From assembly GCA_945872305.1 (NCBI GenBank), contig CAMCAC010000002.1:1-52901 (forward strand): 52,901 nucleotides of DNA. The letters are read 5' to 3'. Under the pieces are notes generated by a model that saw only the letters and a program-made list of their open reading frames with translations, had not been told where the DNA came from and searched no databases. Shown here piece after piece: positions 1 to 9,931 of the stretch. This DNA is from Candidatus Kuenenia stuttgartensis. Lineage in GTDB: Bacteria > Planctomycetota > UBA11346. The number at the start of each line of letters is the position of its first letter. Position 1 is the first letter of the stretch. A program made the position numbers and the translations under genes.

Positions 1-2913
1 AAGCGGGCCGTCGGCCAGTTCGGCGGCAGCAAGGGCAGCGAGCACTACGTCCGCCTGAGCCCGGACCTCGGCTACCTGCCCGCCGCCGCACCGATGGTGC
101 TCGATCTGGTCCCGGACGCGGATGGTCGAGTGCGGATCCCCCGCGACCGCCTGCCCGGATGCCGCAGCGTGGTCCTGATCGCCGCCGATGACCGGCGCAG
201 CCACACCCTGGAGATCCCCTTGCCGGCGACGGCCCTGGTCACCGCAGACCGGCGCATGCGCCCGGCCCTGCCGGTGGATGCCCCGGCGACCCTGGTGCGG
301 ACCATCCGCCCCGCCACCGCCGCGGACCCGGTGCGCCGGGAGCGGCGTATCCAGGGCGTGGCGGATCTGCTCGCCCTGGGCCAGGCCCAGGGCGTCGATC
401 TCGCCGTGTGGTCGTTCCTGGCCCGCTGGGCTGAGCTGCCCGAGGCCGAGAAGCGGCGGCTCTACGGCCTGCATGCGGGCCATGAGCTGCACCTGTTCCT
501 GTACCACCACGACCGGCCGTGGTTCGACCGGGTGGTGGCGCCGTTCCTGCGCTCCAAACTCCAGCCGGAACTCGTGGATGAGGTGCTGCTCGGCCGCCCG
601 GTGGCGCGCTGGCGGGAGCCGGCCCGCTGGGCCCGGCTCAACGCCGCGGAGCGGGTGCTGTTGGCCCGGGCCCTGGGCGGCAGCGCAGGCGTCGATGAGC
701 AACGGGCCCTGGCGGATGAAGGGGGCGCCAGCGATCCGGCGACGGTGGATGCGTGGATCGAACAGGCGCTGGGAGCGGTGGAAGGCGTGCCCCGGGAACC
801 GGAGCAGGCGTCCCAACATTTCGACAAGCCATCGGATCCGGCTGCGCCGATGGAGATGGCCCGGATGGCGACCCCCGCGCCGCGACCCGCCCCGCCTCCT
901 ATGGCGGACAAGGAAGAACTCGCGGGGGAAGCGAATGACATCCCTGCCCCTGCCGCGATTCCCGACCTCTACCGCACCCCCGCCCTGACTTCGGCCTGGA
1001 TCGAGCGGAACTGGTGGCAGGTCCGCGACGCAGATCGGTATCTGATCCCGCCCAGCCCCTTCTGGCACGACTTGGCTGCGACCGGGACCAGCGACCAGCT
1101 TGATGCGATCGGTGACAGCCCATCCGCCTGGCTCGCGGCCATCGCGCTGGTGGACCGCCGGGGCTGGCGGCTCGAAGAGCGCCTGGGTCCCACCGCCACT
1201 GCGGCATCCCCGCTGTTCACGGTCAGCAGCCGGCTCTACGCCGCGGCGGATCTGGTGAAGGATGCGGCAGGGGCCCTGCCAGTGATGGCGCCTCAGCCCG
1301 GCATCGCCTACCGGCTGCGGACCACGGTCGTGAACCGGGATGACCGCCCGCGCACCGCCGTCGTGGTCAGCGAACTGCCCCAGGGCACCATCCCCCTCTC
1401 GGCCCAGCCGTCGCTCCAGGCGGTGACCGTGGCCCTGGCCCCGGACCAGGCGTGGTCGATGGACCAGGATCTGGTGTGGCCGGAGCCCGGCACCTGGGCC
1501 CATGCCCCGGCCGGGGTCGCGGTGGACGGCGTGGTGGTCGCCCGGACCGCAGGCGCCCGCACGGTGGTGGTGGCGCAGCCGCCGACCCCGGACCGCTGGT
1601 GGGAAGGCGACGCAGAACGGGTCCTGACCCGGATCGCCACCGCCAAGCCCGGGGAGCTTGACCTCGACCTGCTCCATCCCCGCTGCGCCGATGCGGACTT
1701 CTGGCGCCGTCTGCGGGCGGTGCTGGAGCGCCGCCGCTGGCAGGACGATGGCATCGATGCCTGGGCCTTCGTCCACGGCGACCGGGCGGTCGCGGCGTCC
1801 CTGCTCGCCCGCACGACCTTCGCCGATGAGGCCATCGATGCCGGCTGGTTGCGCCGCGATCCCCTGGCGGATGCGTTCTGGCGCGTCACCGATTTCCGCC
1901 CCCTCACCATCCCCCGGGCCCATCCGTTCGGCGACCGGGAACGGCCGGTGATCGAGAACCAGGCCCTGGCGGCGCTCTACGCCCAGTGGTGCGAGCAGCT
2001 CGTCCGCCTGCCGACGGCGAGCGACGACCACCGCCTGGTCCAGGCGGCGTACCTGCTCCTCCAGGACCGCATCGATGATGCGGTGGCGGTGCGGGCGAAG
2101 ATCGCCCCGGCCAAGGTCACCGGCGCCCTTCAACTCGCCTACCTCGACGCCTGGCTGGCGACGGTGCGCGGCGATCTGAGCGAGGCCCGGCGCATCGCGA
2201 CCCCCCTCGCAACCCATCCAGTGCCGGACTGGGGCCGTCGCTTCGCCGAAGTGGTCGCCCTGTGCGACGCCGCCAGCGGCCGCCAGGCGGTGCGCGACAC
2301 CACCGATCCAGGCGTGCGCCAGGATCTTGCCGCCCAGGGCAGCCCGGTGCTGGAGGCCCGCTGGGTCGAGGGCGGCATCAGCCTCGCCCACGCCCGCCTG
2401 CGGGCGGTCGAGGTACGGGTCCACCCCATCGACCTGGAGATGCTGTTCTCGCGCCAGCCGTTCGTGGTCGCCGAGGGCGACGGGCTCCCGGCCGCCGGCT
2501 GGGTCGCCCCCGCCGCCACCGCGGCCCTGGTCCTGACCGGGACCACGAGCCCCCTGACCGTGCCGGTACCCGGCCCCGAGCGGCCGGCCCTGGTGGTCAT
2601 CGATGGCGACGGCGTGCAGGCGACCTTGACCCGGCTGGTGGCGGGATTCCGCATCCTGCCCGCCACCGGCCTGGGCCGTATCACCGTGGTGGACCGCGAC
2701 GGCAAGCCGCTGGCGGGTACCTATGTGAAAGTCATGGCCGATCGCGACGGCCATGACCTGTTCCACAAGGACGGCTACACCGATGTGCTCGGCCGCTTCG
2801 ACTACGCCGGACTCAACGGGGATACGCTCCAGGGCGTGAGACGCTTCGCTGTGCTGGTGGTCGACGACCGGCTTGGCGCGGCAGCGACGGTGCTGCCGGT
2901 GCCGACGCGCTGA
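1..2913 (+). CDS. Large hypothetical protein, 5'-partial, with a C-terminal carboxypeptidase-regulatory-like beta-sandwich
   Basis: Frame 1 is open from nt 1 (no stop before the ATG at 94) to the TGA at 2911-2913. The amino-acid composition is protein-like, unlike the R/P/G-rich overlapping frames. The last ~90 aa (ITVVDRDGKPLAGTYVKVMADRDGHDLFHKDGYTDVLGRFDY) resemble a CarboxypepD_reg-type fold. I recognise no other family. Confidence 0.6.
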   Translation, partial: KRAVGQFGGSKGSEHYVRLSPDLGYLPAAAPMVLDLVPDADGRVRIPRDRLPGCRSVVLIAADDRRSHTLEIPLPATALVTADRRMRPALPVDAPATLVRTIRPATAADPVRRERRIQGVADLLALGQAQGVDLAVWSFLARWAELPEAEKRRLYGLHAGHELHLFLYHHDRPWFDRVVAPFLRSKLQPELVDEVLLGRPVARWREPARWARLNAAERVLLARALGGSAGVDEQRALADEGGASDPATVDAWIEQALGAVEGVPREPEQASQHFDKPSDPAAPMEMARMATPAPRPAPPPMADKEELAGEANDIPAPAAIPDLYRTPALTSAWIERNWWQVRDADRYLIPPSPFWHDLAATGTSDQLDAIGDSPSAWLAAIALVDRRGWRLEERLGPTATAASPLFTVSSRLYAAADLVKDAAGALPVMAPQPGIAYRLRTTVVNRDDRPRTAVVVSELPQGTIPLSAQPSLQAVTVALAPDQAWSMDQDLVWPEPGTWAHAPAGVAVDGVVVARTAGARTVVVAQPPTPDRWWEGDAERVLTRIATAKPGELDLDLLHPRCADADFWRRLRAVLERRRWQDDGIDAWAFVHGDRAVAASLLARTTFADEAIDAGWLRRDPLADAFWRVTDFRPLTIPRAHPFGDRERPVIENQALAALYAQWCEQLVRLPTASDDHRLVQAAYLLLQDRIDDAVAVRAKIAPAKVTGALQLAYLDAWLATVRGDLSEARRIATPLATHPVPDWGRRFAEVVALCDAASGRQAVRDTTDPGVRQDLAAQGSPVLEARWVEGGISLAHARLRAVEVRVHPIDLEMLFSRQPFVVAEGDGLPAAGWVAPAATAALVLTGTTSPLTVPVPGPERPALVVIDGDGVQATLTRLVAGFRILPATGLGRITVVDRDGKPLAGTYVKVMADRDGHDLFHKDGYTDVLGRFDYAGLNGDTLQGVRRFAVLVVDDRLGAAATVLPVPTR

Positions 2914-2959
2914 TTGCGCAGTGCGGAGGAACCGAGAAGCGGGGGCCTACCCCGCCATC

Positions 2960-3064
2960 GGGACCGCCGAGCAGTGCTCGGCAGAGCGGGACACAGACTA
3001 CGACGGTGGGCTCCATGCCCATGCCACCGAAGACCCGCTCATGCCGAGCGCTGCTCGGCGGTGC
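2960..3064. repeat. REP-like palindromic element pair A (forward unit 2960-2990, inverted unit 3040-3064)
   Basis: GGGACCGCCGAGCAgtGCTCGGCA at 2960-2983, and its inverted version CATGCCGAGCgcTGCTCGGCGGTGC at 3040-3064. Each unit contains the internal palindrome CCGAGC-NN-GCTCGG. The same family recurs at 3951-4028. Confidence 0.7.
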
Positions 3065-3127
3065 TTGGAAGCCGACCCGGAACCACCCAGCATTGACGCA
3101 CCAGCCACCGGGCCAGCATCCCTGGCC

Positions 3128-3937
3128 ATGAACAACCGATTCGATCTCTCCTCCGATGTGGCTGTCGTCATCGGCGCCACCGGCGTCCTCGGCGGAGCCC
3201 TGGCCAGCGGGTTGGCGGAGCATGGTGCCAAGGTCGCCGTGCTCGGCCGCAACCGCGAGCGCGGCGAGGCCCGGGTGGCGATGATCACCGCCGCCGGCGG
3301 GATCGCCGCGTTCATCCCCTGCGATGTGTCCGACCGGGCCAGCCTGAAGGGCGCCCACGAGGCGGTCATCGCCCAACTCGGTGCCCCGACCGTGCTGGTC
3401 AACGCCGCCGGCGGCAACGATCCCAAGGTCACCGTGGTCGGTGCCAAGAAGATCGAGGACATCCAGGTCGCGGACTGGCTCGCCAACTACGACCTCAACC
3501 TGGTCGGCGGCTGCCTGCTGCCCTGCCAGGAGTTCGGGCCCGGCATGGCCGCCCGGGGCGGCGGCTCGATCATCAACATCGCATCGGTGAGCGCCCACAT
3601 CCCCCTCTCCCGGGTCGTGAGCTATGCCTCGGCCAAGGCCGCGGTGCTCAGCCTGAGCCAGTTCCTGGCCCGGGAGTGGGCCACCACCGGGGTCCGGGTG
3701 AACACCCTCACTCCCGGATTCTTCCCGGCCGAGCAGAACCGCCGCCTGCTGTTCAACGAGGATGGATCGCCCACGGACCGCGCCCGGCAGATCCTCGGCC
3801 ACACCCCGATGGCCCGCTTCGGCAAGGATGAAGAATTGATCGGCGCCTGCGTGTTCCTGGCCAGCCGCCAGGCGAGCGGCTTCGTCACCGGCTCCGACAT
3901 CCGGGTGGATGGCGGATTCCTGAGTCAGACCATCTAG
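3128..3937 (+). CDS. Short-chain dehydrogenase/reductase (SDR), possibly a hexuronate/mannonate-type oxidoreductase
   Basis: The ATG at 3128 is in frame with tracked ORF 2873-3937. It has the Rossmann motif GATGVLGGALA, an NAAG motif, the catalytic S...YASAK triad and C-terminal IRVDGG, at ~269 aa (typical SDR length). The sugar-acid role is only suggested by the convergent PfkB kinase. Confidence 0.85.
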   Translation: MNNRFDLSSDVAVVIGATGVLGGALASGLAEHGAKVAVLGRNRERGEARVAMITAAGGIAAFIPCDVSDRASLKGAHEAVIAQLGAPTVLVNAAGGNDPKVTVVGAKKIEDIQVADWLANYDLNLVGGCLLPCQEFGPGMAARGGGSIINIASVSAHIPLSRVVSYASAKAAVLSLSQFLAREWATTGVRVNTLTPGFFPAEQNRRLLFNEDGSPTDRARQILGHTPMARFGKDEELIGACVFLASRQASGFVTGSDIRVDGGFLSQTI

Positions 3938-3950
3938 TTCCACCTGCTGC

Positions 3951-4028
3951 CGGGACCGCCGAGCATCGCTCGGCATGGGCAGGGGCCGGAGACGAGGGCA
4001 GGCCGAGCGATGCTCGGTGGTCCCGACG
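3951..4028. repeat. REP-like palindromic element pair B (forward unit 3951-3980, inverted unit 4001-4028)
   Basis: CGGGACCGCCGAGCAtcGCTCGGCATGGGC (3951-3980) and GGCCGAGCgaTGCTCGGTGGTCCCGACG (4001-4028) are near reverse complements of each other and belong to the same family as 2960-3064. They lie between the convergent SDR and kinase genes and could act as a bidirectional terminator. Confidence 0.7.
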
Positions 4029-4145
4029 TGCCACCGGCCTGATCAATGACCACTGATGGATTCTCACGCCCGTTCCGCGGCCAGGACAGACCGCCGGCGC
4101 AACGCGCAGCGCCCCACAATCCGGGGCGCTGCGCGCCAAAAATCC

Positions 4146-5228
4146 TCAGCGCTGGACGCGGGCGGAGCCGCCCTTGGCGAACTGCTCGACCTGCTCCAGG
4201 GTGACCATGGTGGTGTCGCCGGGGGTGGTGGTCAGCATCGCGCCGTGGGCCCAGCCCAGCCGCAGGCTCTCCTCCGGGGAGCGGCCGTTGAGCATGCCGT
4301 AGATGCAGCCGGCGGCGAAGCCGTCGCCGCCGCCGATGCGGCACACCACATCGAGGTCGCAGGTCGGGCTGACATACGTCTTCCCTTCCTGCCAGAGCAC
4401 GGCGCCCCAGGTGTGGCGATTGGTGGAGTGGACCTCGCGCAGGGTGGTGGCGACCACTTTGATGCTCGGGAAATCCTTGGCCACCGCATCCATCATCGCG
4501 AAGAAGACGCTGGGGTCGAGTTTGTTCTTGGCCTCGACATCCGGCCCCTTGAGTCCGAGACCGAGCTGGAGGTCCTCCTCGTTGCCGACCAGCACATCCA
4601 CATGGCTGACGATCTCGCGCAGGACCGCCTGGGCCTTGGCGGTGCCGCCCAGACGCTTCCACAACTTGGCGCGGAAGTTGAGGTCGAACGAGGTGACCGC
4701 CCCAGCGGCCTTCGCCGCCTTCATGCCCTCGATGATCAGGGGCGCGGTGCCCTCGCCCAGGCTGGCGAAGATGCCACCGGAGTGGAACCAGCGGCAACCG
4801 CTGGCGAAGATGCCCTTCCAGTCGAAGTCACCCGGCTTGAGCAGGGCGGCGGCCTCGTTGCAGCGGTTGTAGAACACCACCGGGGCGCGCACACCCTGGC
4901 CGCGGTCGCTGTACACCGTCGCCATGTTCGGACCGGTGACGCCATCGTGTTCGAAGTGGGTGTACAAGCCGCGCACGCCCATGGCGCGCACGCCGCCGGC
5001 GATCAGGTCGCCGACCGGGTAGTTGACCATCGCGCTGGCCACGCCGGTGGCCTGGCCGAAGCCGTCGCTCAGGTTGGCGGCCACGTTGTACTCGCCGCCG
5101 CTGACCCACACATCCAGGGTGCGGGCCTTGCGGAACGGGATCGCTCCCGGGTCGAGGCGATGGACGAGGGCGCCGAGGGCGAGGAAATCCATGCCGCCAG
5201 CGGTGCGGGCGGGAACGGTGAAGGCCAT
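4146..5228 (-). CDS. PfkB-family sugar kinase, 2-dehydro-3-deoxygluconokinase-like
   Basis: Tracked ORF 4146-5258. The protein has typical ribokinase/PfkB features (VSGGEYNVAANL; C-terminal GGGDGFAAGCIYG anion hole). The start is likely at MAFTV (5228) rather than 5258. Confidence 0.8.
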   Translation of the reverse strand: MAFTVPARTAGGMDFLALGALVHRLDPGAIPFRKARTLDVWVSGGEYNVAANLSDGFGQATGVASAMVNYPVGDLIAGGVRAMGVRGLYTHFEHDGVTGPNMATVYSDRGQGVRAPVVFYNRCNEAAALLKPGDFDWKGIFASGCRWFHSGGIFASLGEGTAPLIIEGMKAAKAAGAVTSFDLNFRAKLWKRLGGTAKAQAVLREIVSHVDVLVGNEEDLQLGLGLKGPDVEAKNKLDPSVFFAMMDAVAKDFPSIKVVATTLREVHSTNRHTWGAVLWQEGKTYVSPTCDLDVVCRIGGGDGFAAGCIYGMLNGRSPEESLRLGWAHGAMLTTTPGDTTMVTLEQVEQFAKGGSARVQR

Positions 5229-5314
5229 GGGATGGGCTCCGTGCGGTTGAGCCGGCATGGTCGCCCGGCCGGGGGGCGGTCAAGCCGGCCGGCTCATCCC
5301 GGCCCGGCGGGTGC

Positions 5315-6661
5315 TCAACGGTCGAGGGCGGTTCGGACGCCGACCGGATAGACGCTCAGTCCGAATTCGGCGCAGCGCCGGTCATCGTACTGGTTGCGGC
5401 CATCGAAGATCGCCTTGCCGCGCAGCTGGTCCGCGAGCCGGCGCCAGTCCGGGCGGCGGAACGGCCGCCATTCGGTGACCAGGCACAGGCAGTCGGCTCC
5501 CTCGGTGGCGTTGTAGGGATCCTCGCAGTAGGCGACCTGCGACAGCGGGCCGAGGATCTTCTCCGTCTCGTGGGCGGCCTTGGGGTCGTGGGCCCGGACC
5601 CGGGCGCCGGCGGCGACCAGGAAGCGGATCAGATCCAGGGCCGGGGCCTCGCGCACATCGTCGGTGTTCGGCTTGAAGGCGAGGCCCCACACCGCCACCG
5701 TGAGCCCGGCCAGGTCGCGACCGGTGAGCTCGCACCATGCCCGCACCTTGGCTTCGAGCAGGCGCTTCTGGCGCTGGTTCACCGCATCGACCACTTCGAG
5801 CAGTTCGGCCCGGTAACCATGGACCTGGGCGGTGTGGGCGAGGGCACGGACATCCTTGGGGAAGCAGGAGCCGCCGTAGCCCACACCTGGATGGAAGAAC
5901 TGCATGCCGATGCGGCTGTCGGACCCGGCGCCCAGGCGGACCTGGCGCACATCGGCGCCGACCCGCTCGCAAATCCGGCTGATCTCGTTGATGAACGAGA
6001 TCTTGGTCGCAAGCATGGCGTTGGCGGCGTACTTGGTCATCTCGGCGGAGCGGATGTCCATGGTATAGAGGCGCAGGCCGTTGCGGACGAAGGTGCCATA
6101 GAGCTCCCGCAGCAGGCCGTCGGAGCGGGCGGACTCGACCCCGACCACGACCCGGTCCGGCTTCATGAAGTCGTCGACTGCGGAACCCTCTTTGAGGAAT
6201 TCCGGGTTCGAGGCGACCTCGAACGGGATCGCGGCGCCGCGGGCGGCGAGTTCCTCGGCGACCCAGGCCCGCACCTTGTCGGCGGTGCCGACCGGGACGG
6301 TGCTCTTGGTCACCACCAGGGTCCATTGGCGGATGGTGCGGCCGATCATCCGCGCCGCGGACTCGACATAACGCAGGTCGGCGCGGCCATCGTCGGCCAT
6401 CGGGGTTCCGACGCAGATGAAGACGATCTCCGCATCCGCCACCGCGGCGGCGCCATCGGTGGTGAAGGAGAGCCGGTGGCCATGGCGGTTCTCCGCCACC
6501 AGTTCCGCCAATCCGGGCTCATAGATCGGGATCTCGCCGCGGTTCAGCCGCTCGACCTTGCCCGCATCCACATCGACACAGGTGACGAAGTTGCCCATCT
6601 CGGCGAAGCAGGTGCCCGTGACCAGCCCGACGTACCCGGTCCCGAAGATAGCAAGGCGCAT
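5315..6661 (-). CDS. ugd: UDP-glucose 6-dehydrogenase
   Basis: MRLAIFGTGYVGLVTGTCFAEMG Rossmann N-terminus and the catalytic-Cys motif GYGGSCFPKD, at ~448 aa. The ATG at 6661 lies inside tracked ORF 5315-6733. Confidence 0.9.
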   Translation of the reverse strand: MRLAIFGTGYVGLVTGTCFAEMGNFVTCVDVDAGKVERLNRGEIPIYEPGLAELVAENRHGHRLSFTTDGAAAVADAEIVFICVGTPMADDGRADLRYVESAARMIGRTIRQWTLVVTKSTVPVGTADKVRAWVAEELAARGAAIPFEVASNPEFLKEGSAVDDFMKPDRVVVGVESARSDGLLRELYGTFVRNGLRLYTMDIRSAEMTKYAANAMLATKISFINEISRICERVGADVRQVRLGAGSDSRIGMQFFHPGVGYGGSCFPKDVRALAHTAQVHGYRAELLEVVDAVNQRQKRLLEAKVRAWCELTGRDLAGLTVAVWGLAFKPNTDDVREAPALDLIRFLVAAGARVRAHDPKAAHETEKILGPLSQVAYCEDPYNATEGADCLCLVTEWRPFRRPDWRRLADQLRGKAIFDGRNQYDDRRCAEFGLSVYPVGVRTALDR

Positions 6662-6817
6662 GGCGGCTCCTGGGGCAGGATGATGCTGCAGGGCATCGTT
6701 TGCCAATCCCAAGCGCCCGGGCTTTCCTCTCAAGGCTCACAGGAGGGCGAGAGCACGCGGAGGGCCGGGAGGGTTGCAGGCAGGTGACATGCGCCCGGGA
6801 TGGGCAGGGAAACGGAA

Positions 6818-6845
6818 AGGGCCACGGAAAAATCCTCTGTGGCCC
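6818..6845 (-). terminator. Candidate intrinsic terminator downstream of accC
   Basis: AGGGCCAC-N12-GTGGCCCT gives a perfect 8-bp stem ~40 nt after the accC stop (6884). On the minus strand it is followed by UUCCGUUUCCC, a weak U-rich tail. Confidence 0.45.
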
Positions 6846-6883
6846 TCCGCGTCCTCCCTACCTCCTGTTAACCTCGAAAAAAA

Positions 6884-8233
<1,350 letters not shown>

Positions 8234-8236
8234 TGT

Positions 8237-8342
8237 GGGGTTTCGGGTTTCTGGTTTCGGGTTTCTGGAAGAGGGCCTCGGGACACGGGCTTCGGGCCCG
8301 GAACCCGCGGTCCCGGAACCCGAAACCTGGAACCGGGAACCC
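8237..8342. repeat. Heptad-repeat imperfect palindrome filling the accB-accC spacer
   Basis: Four tandem heptads TTTC(G/T)GG at 8241-8268 face four complementary heptads CCNG(G/A)AA at 8312-8339; by manual alignment 22 of 28 positions are complementary. A further CCCGGAA copy sits at 8297-8303. The element occupies nearly all of the 111-bp intergenic space. Confidence 0.75.
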
Positions 8343-8344
8343 GC

Positions 8345-8806
8345 TTATCCGATCAAGAAGAGGACGGTGCCGTACTCGACCGGCTGGCCGTCGTTGACGC
8401 AGATCTTCTTGATCACGCCCTTCATACCGGCATCCGGCTTGATCTCGTTGAAGACCTTCATGGCCTCGACGAGGCAGATGGTCTTCGCTTCGTCGACGCT
8501 GGCGCCGACCGAGACGAAGGGGGCGGCATCGGGGCTGGCCTTGAGGTAGACGGTGCCGGGGATCGGGGCGATCACCTTGTGACAGCTGGCGAACTCATCC
8601 ACCGGGGCGGCGGGCGCCACCGGGGCGGCAGGCGCCGGGGCGGCGGGGGCCGAGGCGTGGTAGGCGGGAGCGGCGACCGCGTGGACCACCGCCGGGGCGG
8701 TCTCCTTGCGCATCTTGACCTTGAGGTCCTTGCTCTCGACTTCGATCTCGCAGAGATCGTTCTCGCGCATCAGCTTGGTGATTTCCTTGAGCGTCTTGAT
8801 GTCCAT
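8345..8806 (-). CDS. accB: Acetyl-CoA carboxylase, biotin carboxyl carrier protein
   Basis: Biotinyl-lysine motif CLVEAMKVFNEI, an Ala/Pro-rich linker (APAAPAPAAPVAPAAP), 153 aa, directly upstream of accC. Confidence 0.9.
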   Translation of the reverse strand: MDIKTLKEITKLMRENDLCEIEVESKDLKVKMRKETAPAVVHAVAAPAYHASAPAAPAPAAPVAPAAPVDEFASCHKVIAPIPGTVYLKASPDAAPFVSVGASVDEAKTICLVEAMKVFNEIKPDAGMKGVIKKICVNDGQPVEYGTVLFLIG

Positions 8807-8992
8807 GCGATCGGGTCCTTGCCAGGGCGGCTCGCCCAGGGGAAGTGGGGACCGTACCCGTTTTCAGACCAAGGGCAATCGAAGCACCGCAAGCCCATGA
8901 TATCAAATGACATATGGGCAGCCCTTGGGAAAAATGGGCCTGTATCGGGCTGATACGGTGGACCGTTGCCGCCAGATTGGCACAACCAGACG

Positions 8993-9868
8993 ATGTCAGG
9001 AATGACCGATACCGTCTGCTTCCTGTCGCCGCGGGATCTCGGCCACGCCATCGGAGTCAGTGAATCCACCGTCAAGCGGTGGATTGATGGAGGCCGTCTG
9101 CGCGTCATGCGCACACCCGGCGGGCATCGCCGCATCCCGATCGGGGAGACCATCCGCTTCATCCGGGAACAGCGCTGCGACATCGACCGTCCCGAACTCC
9201 TCGGGATCGAACCTGGCACGGTGGAATCCGGGCTCGCCGGAGAAGCCCTGGCGGCGCCGCTCACCACGGCACTCGAGGCAGGCGACGAGGCCCAAGCCCG
9301 TCGGTTGGTGACCGGGGCGTTCCTGGCCGGACAGGCGGTTGCGGACCTGGGCGATCTGGCCATCCGCCCAGCCCTGCAACGGATTGGGGAATTATGGCGT
9401 CATGGTGATGATGGCATCGCCATCGAACATCACGCCGTGCAGATCTTGGCAGGTGTCCTCGAACGCCTGCGCGCCATGCTGCCGCACCCCGGACCCGATG
9501 CGCCGACCGCCATTGGCGCCGGCCCATCCGGCGACCCCTATCATCTGCCCTCGGCCATGGCTGCCCTGGTCCTGGCTGAACGGGGATGGCGGACGATGAA
9601 CCTGGGACCGGATACGCCCCGGGCGGCCTTCCTGTCAGCCCTGGGCCGACACCGCCCGAAGCTCGCCTGGTGCAGCGTCTGTGCGCCGCCCTCCCCAGGC
9701 CTGGGCGACGATCTGGCCGTCTTGGCCCGACATGGAATGCGGATTGGAACCCGTTTGGTGGTCGGCGGACGCAGTGCCCCCATACCGGGGCCGGAAGCAG
9801 GATGGCATCGGGTCGAATCCATGCGCGCCCTGGGCGAGTACGGATACCGGCTCGCATCGCTCCACTGA
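8993..9868 (+). CDS. HTH (excisionase/MerR-type) regulator with a B12-binding-like C-terminal domain (CarH/LitR-like)
   Basis: N-terminal LSPRDLGHAIGVSESTVKRWIDGGRLRVMRTPGGHRRI is an HTH_17/MerR-like helix-turn-helix. A WRHGDDGIAIEHHAVQIL helical bundle follows, then a Rossmann-like AIGAGPSGDPYHLPSAMAALVLAERGW. The start is taken at the ATG at 8993; the tracked ORF begins at a TTG at 8966. Confidence 0.6.
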   Translation: MSGMTDTVCFLSPRDLGHAIGVSESTVKRWIDGGRLRVMRTPGGHRRIPIGETIRFIREQRCDIDRPELLGIEPGTVESGLAGEALAAPLTTALEAGDEAQARRLVTGAFLAGQAVADLGDLAIRPALQRIGELWRHGDDGIAIEHHAVQILAGVLERLRAMLPHPGPDAPTAIGAGPSGDPYHLPSAMAALVLAERGWRTMNLGPDTPRAAFLSALGRHRPKLAWCSVCAPPSPGLGDDLAVLARHGMRIGTRLVVGGRSAPIPGPEAGWHRVESMRALGEYGYRLASLH

Positions 9869-9931
9869 GGGCTTGAGCACTCTTCGCTGTGCCGACGAAC
9901 TGCCGCGGACCATCCGGCTGGGGCCGGGGAC

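Noticed and set aside
8237-8342. Possible mini-CRISPR or tandem-repeat array in the accB-accC spacer
   Set aside because: The units are 7 nt with no spacers, the arms are mutually complementary, and no cas genes are present. It is a structured palindrome, not a CRISPR array.
8590-8700. Ala/Pro-coding GC-rich periodic stretch inside accB
   Set aside because: It is the normal flexible Ala/Pro linker of biotin carboxyl carrier proteins, not an independent repeat element.
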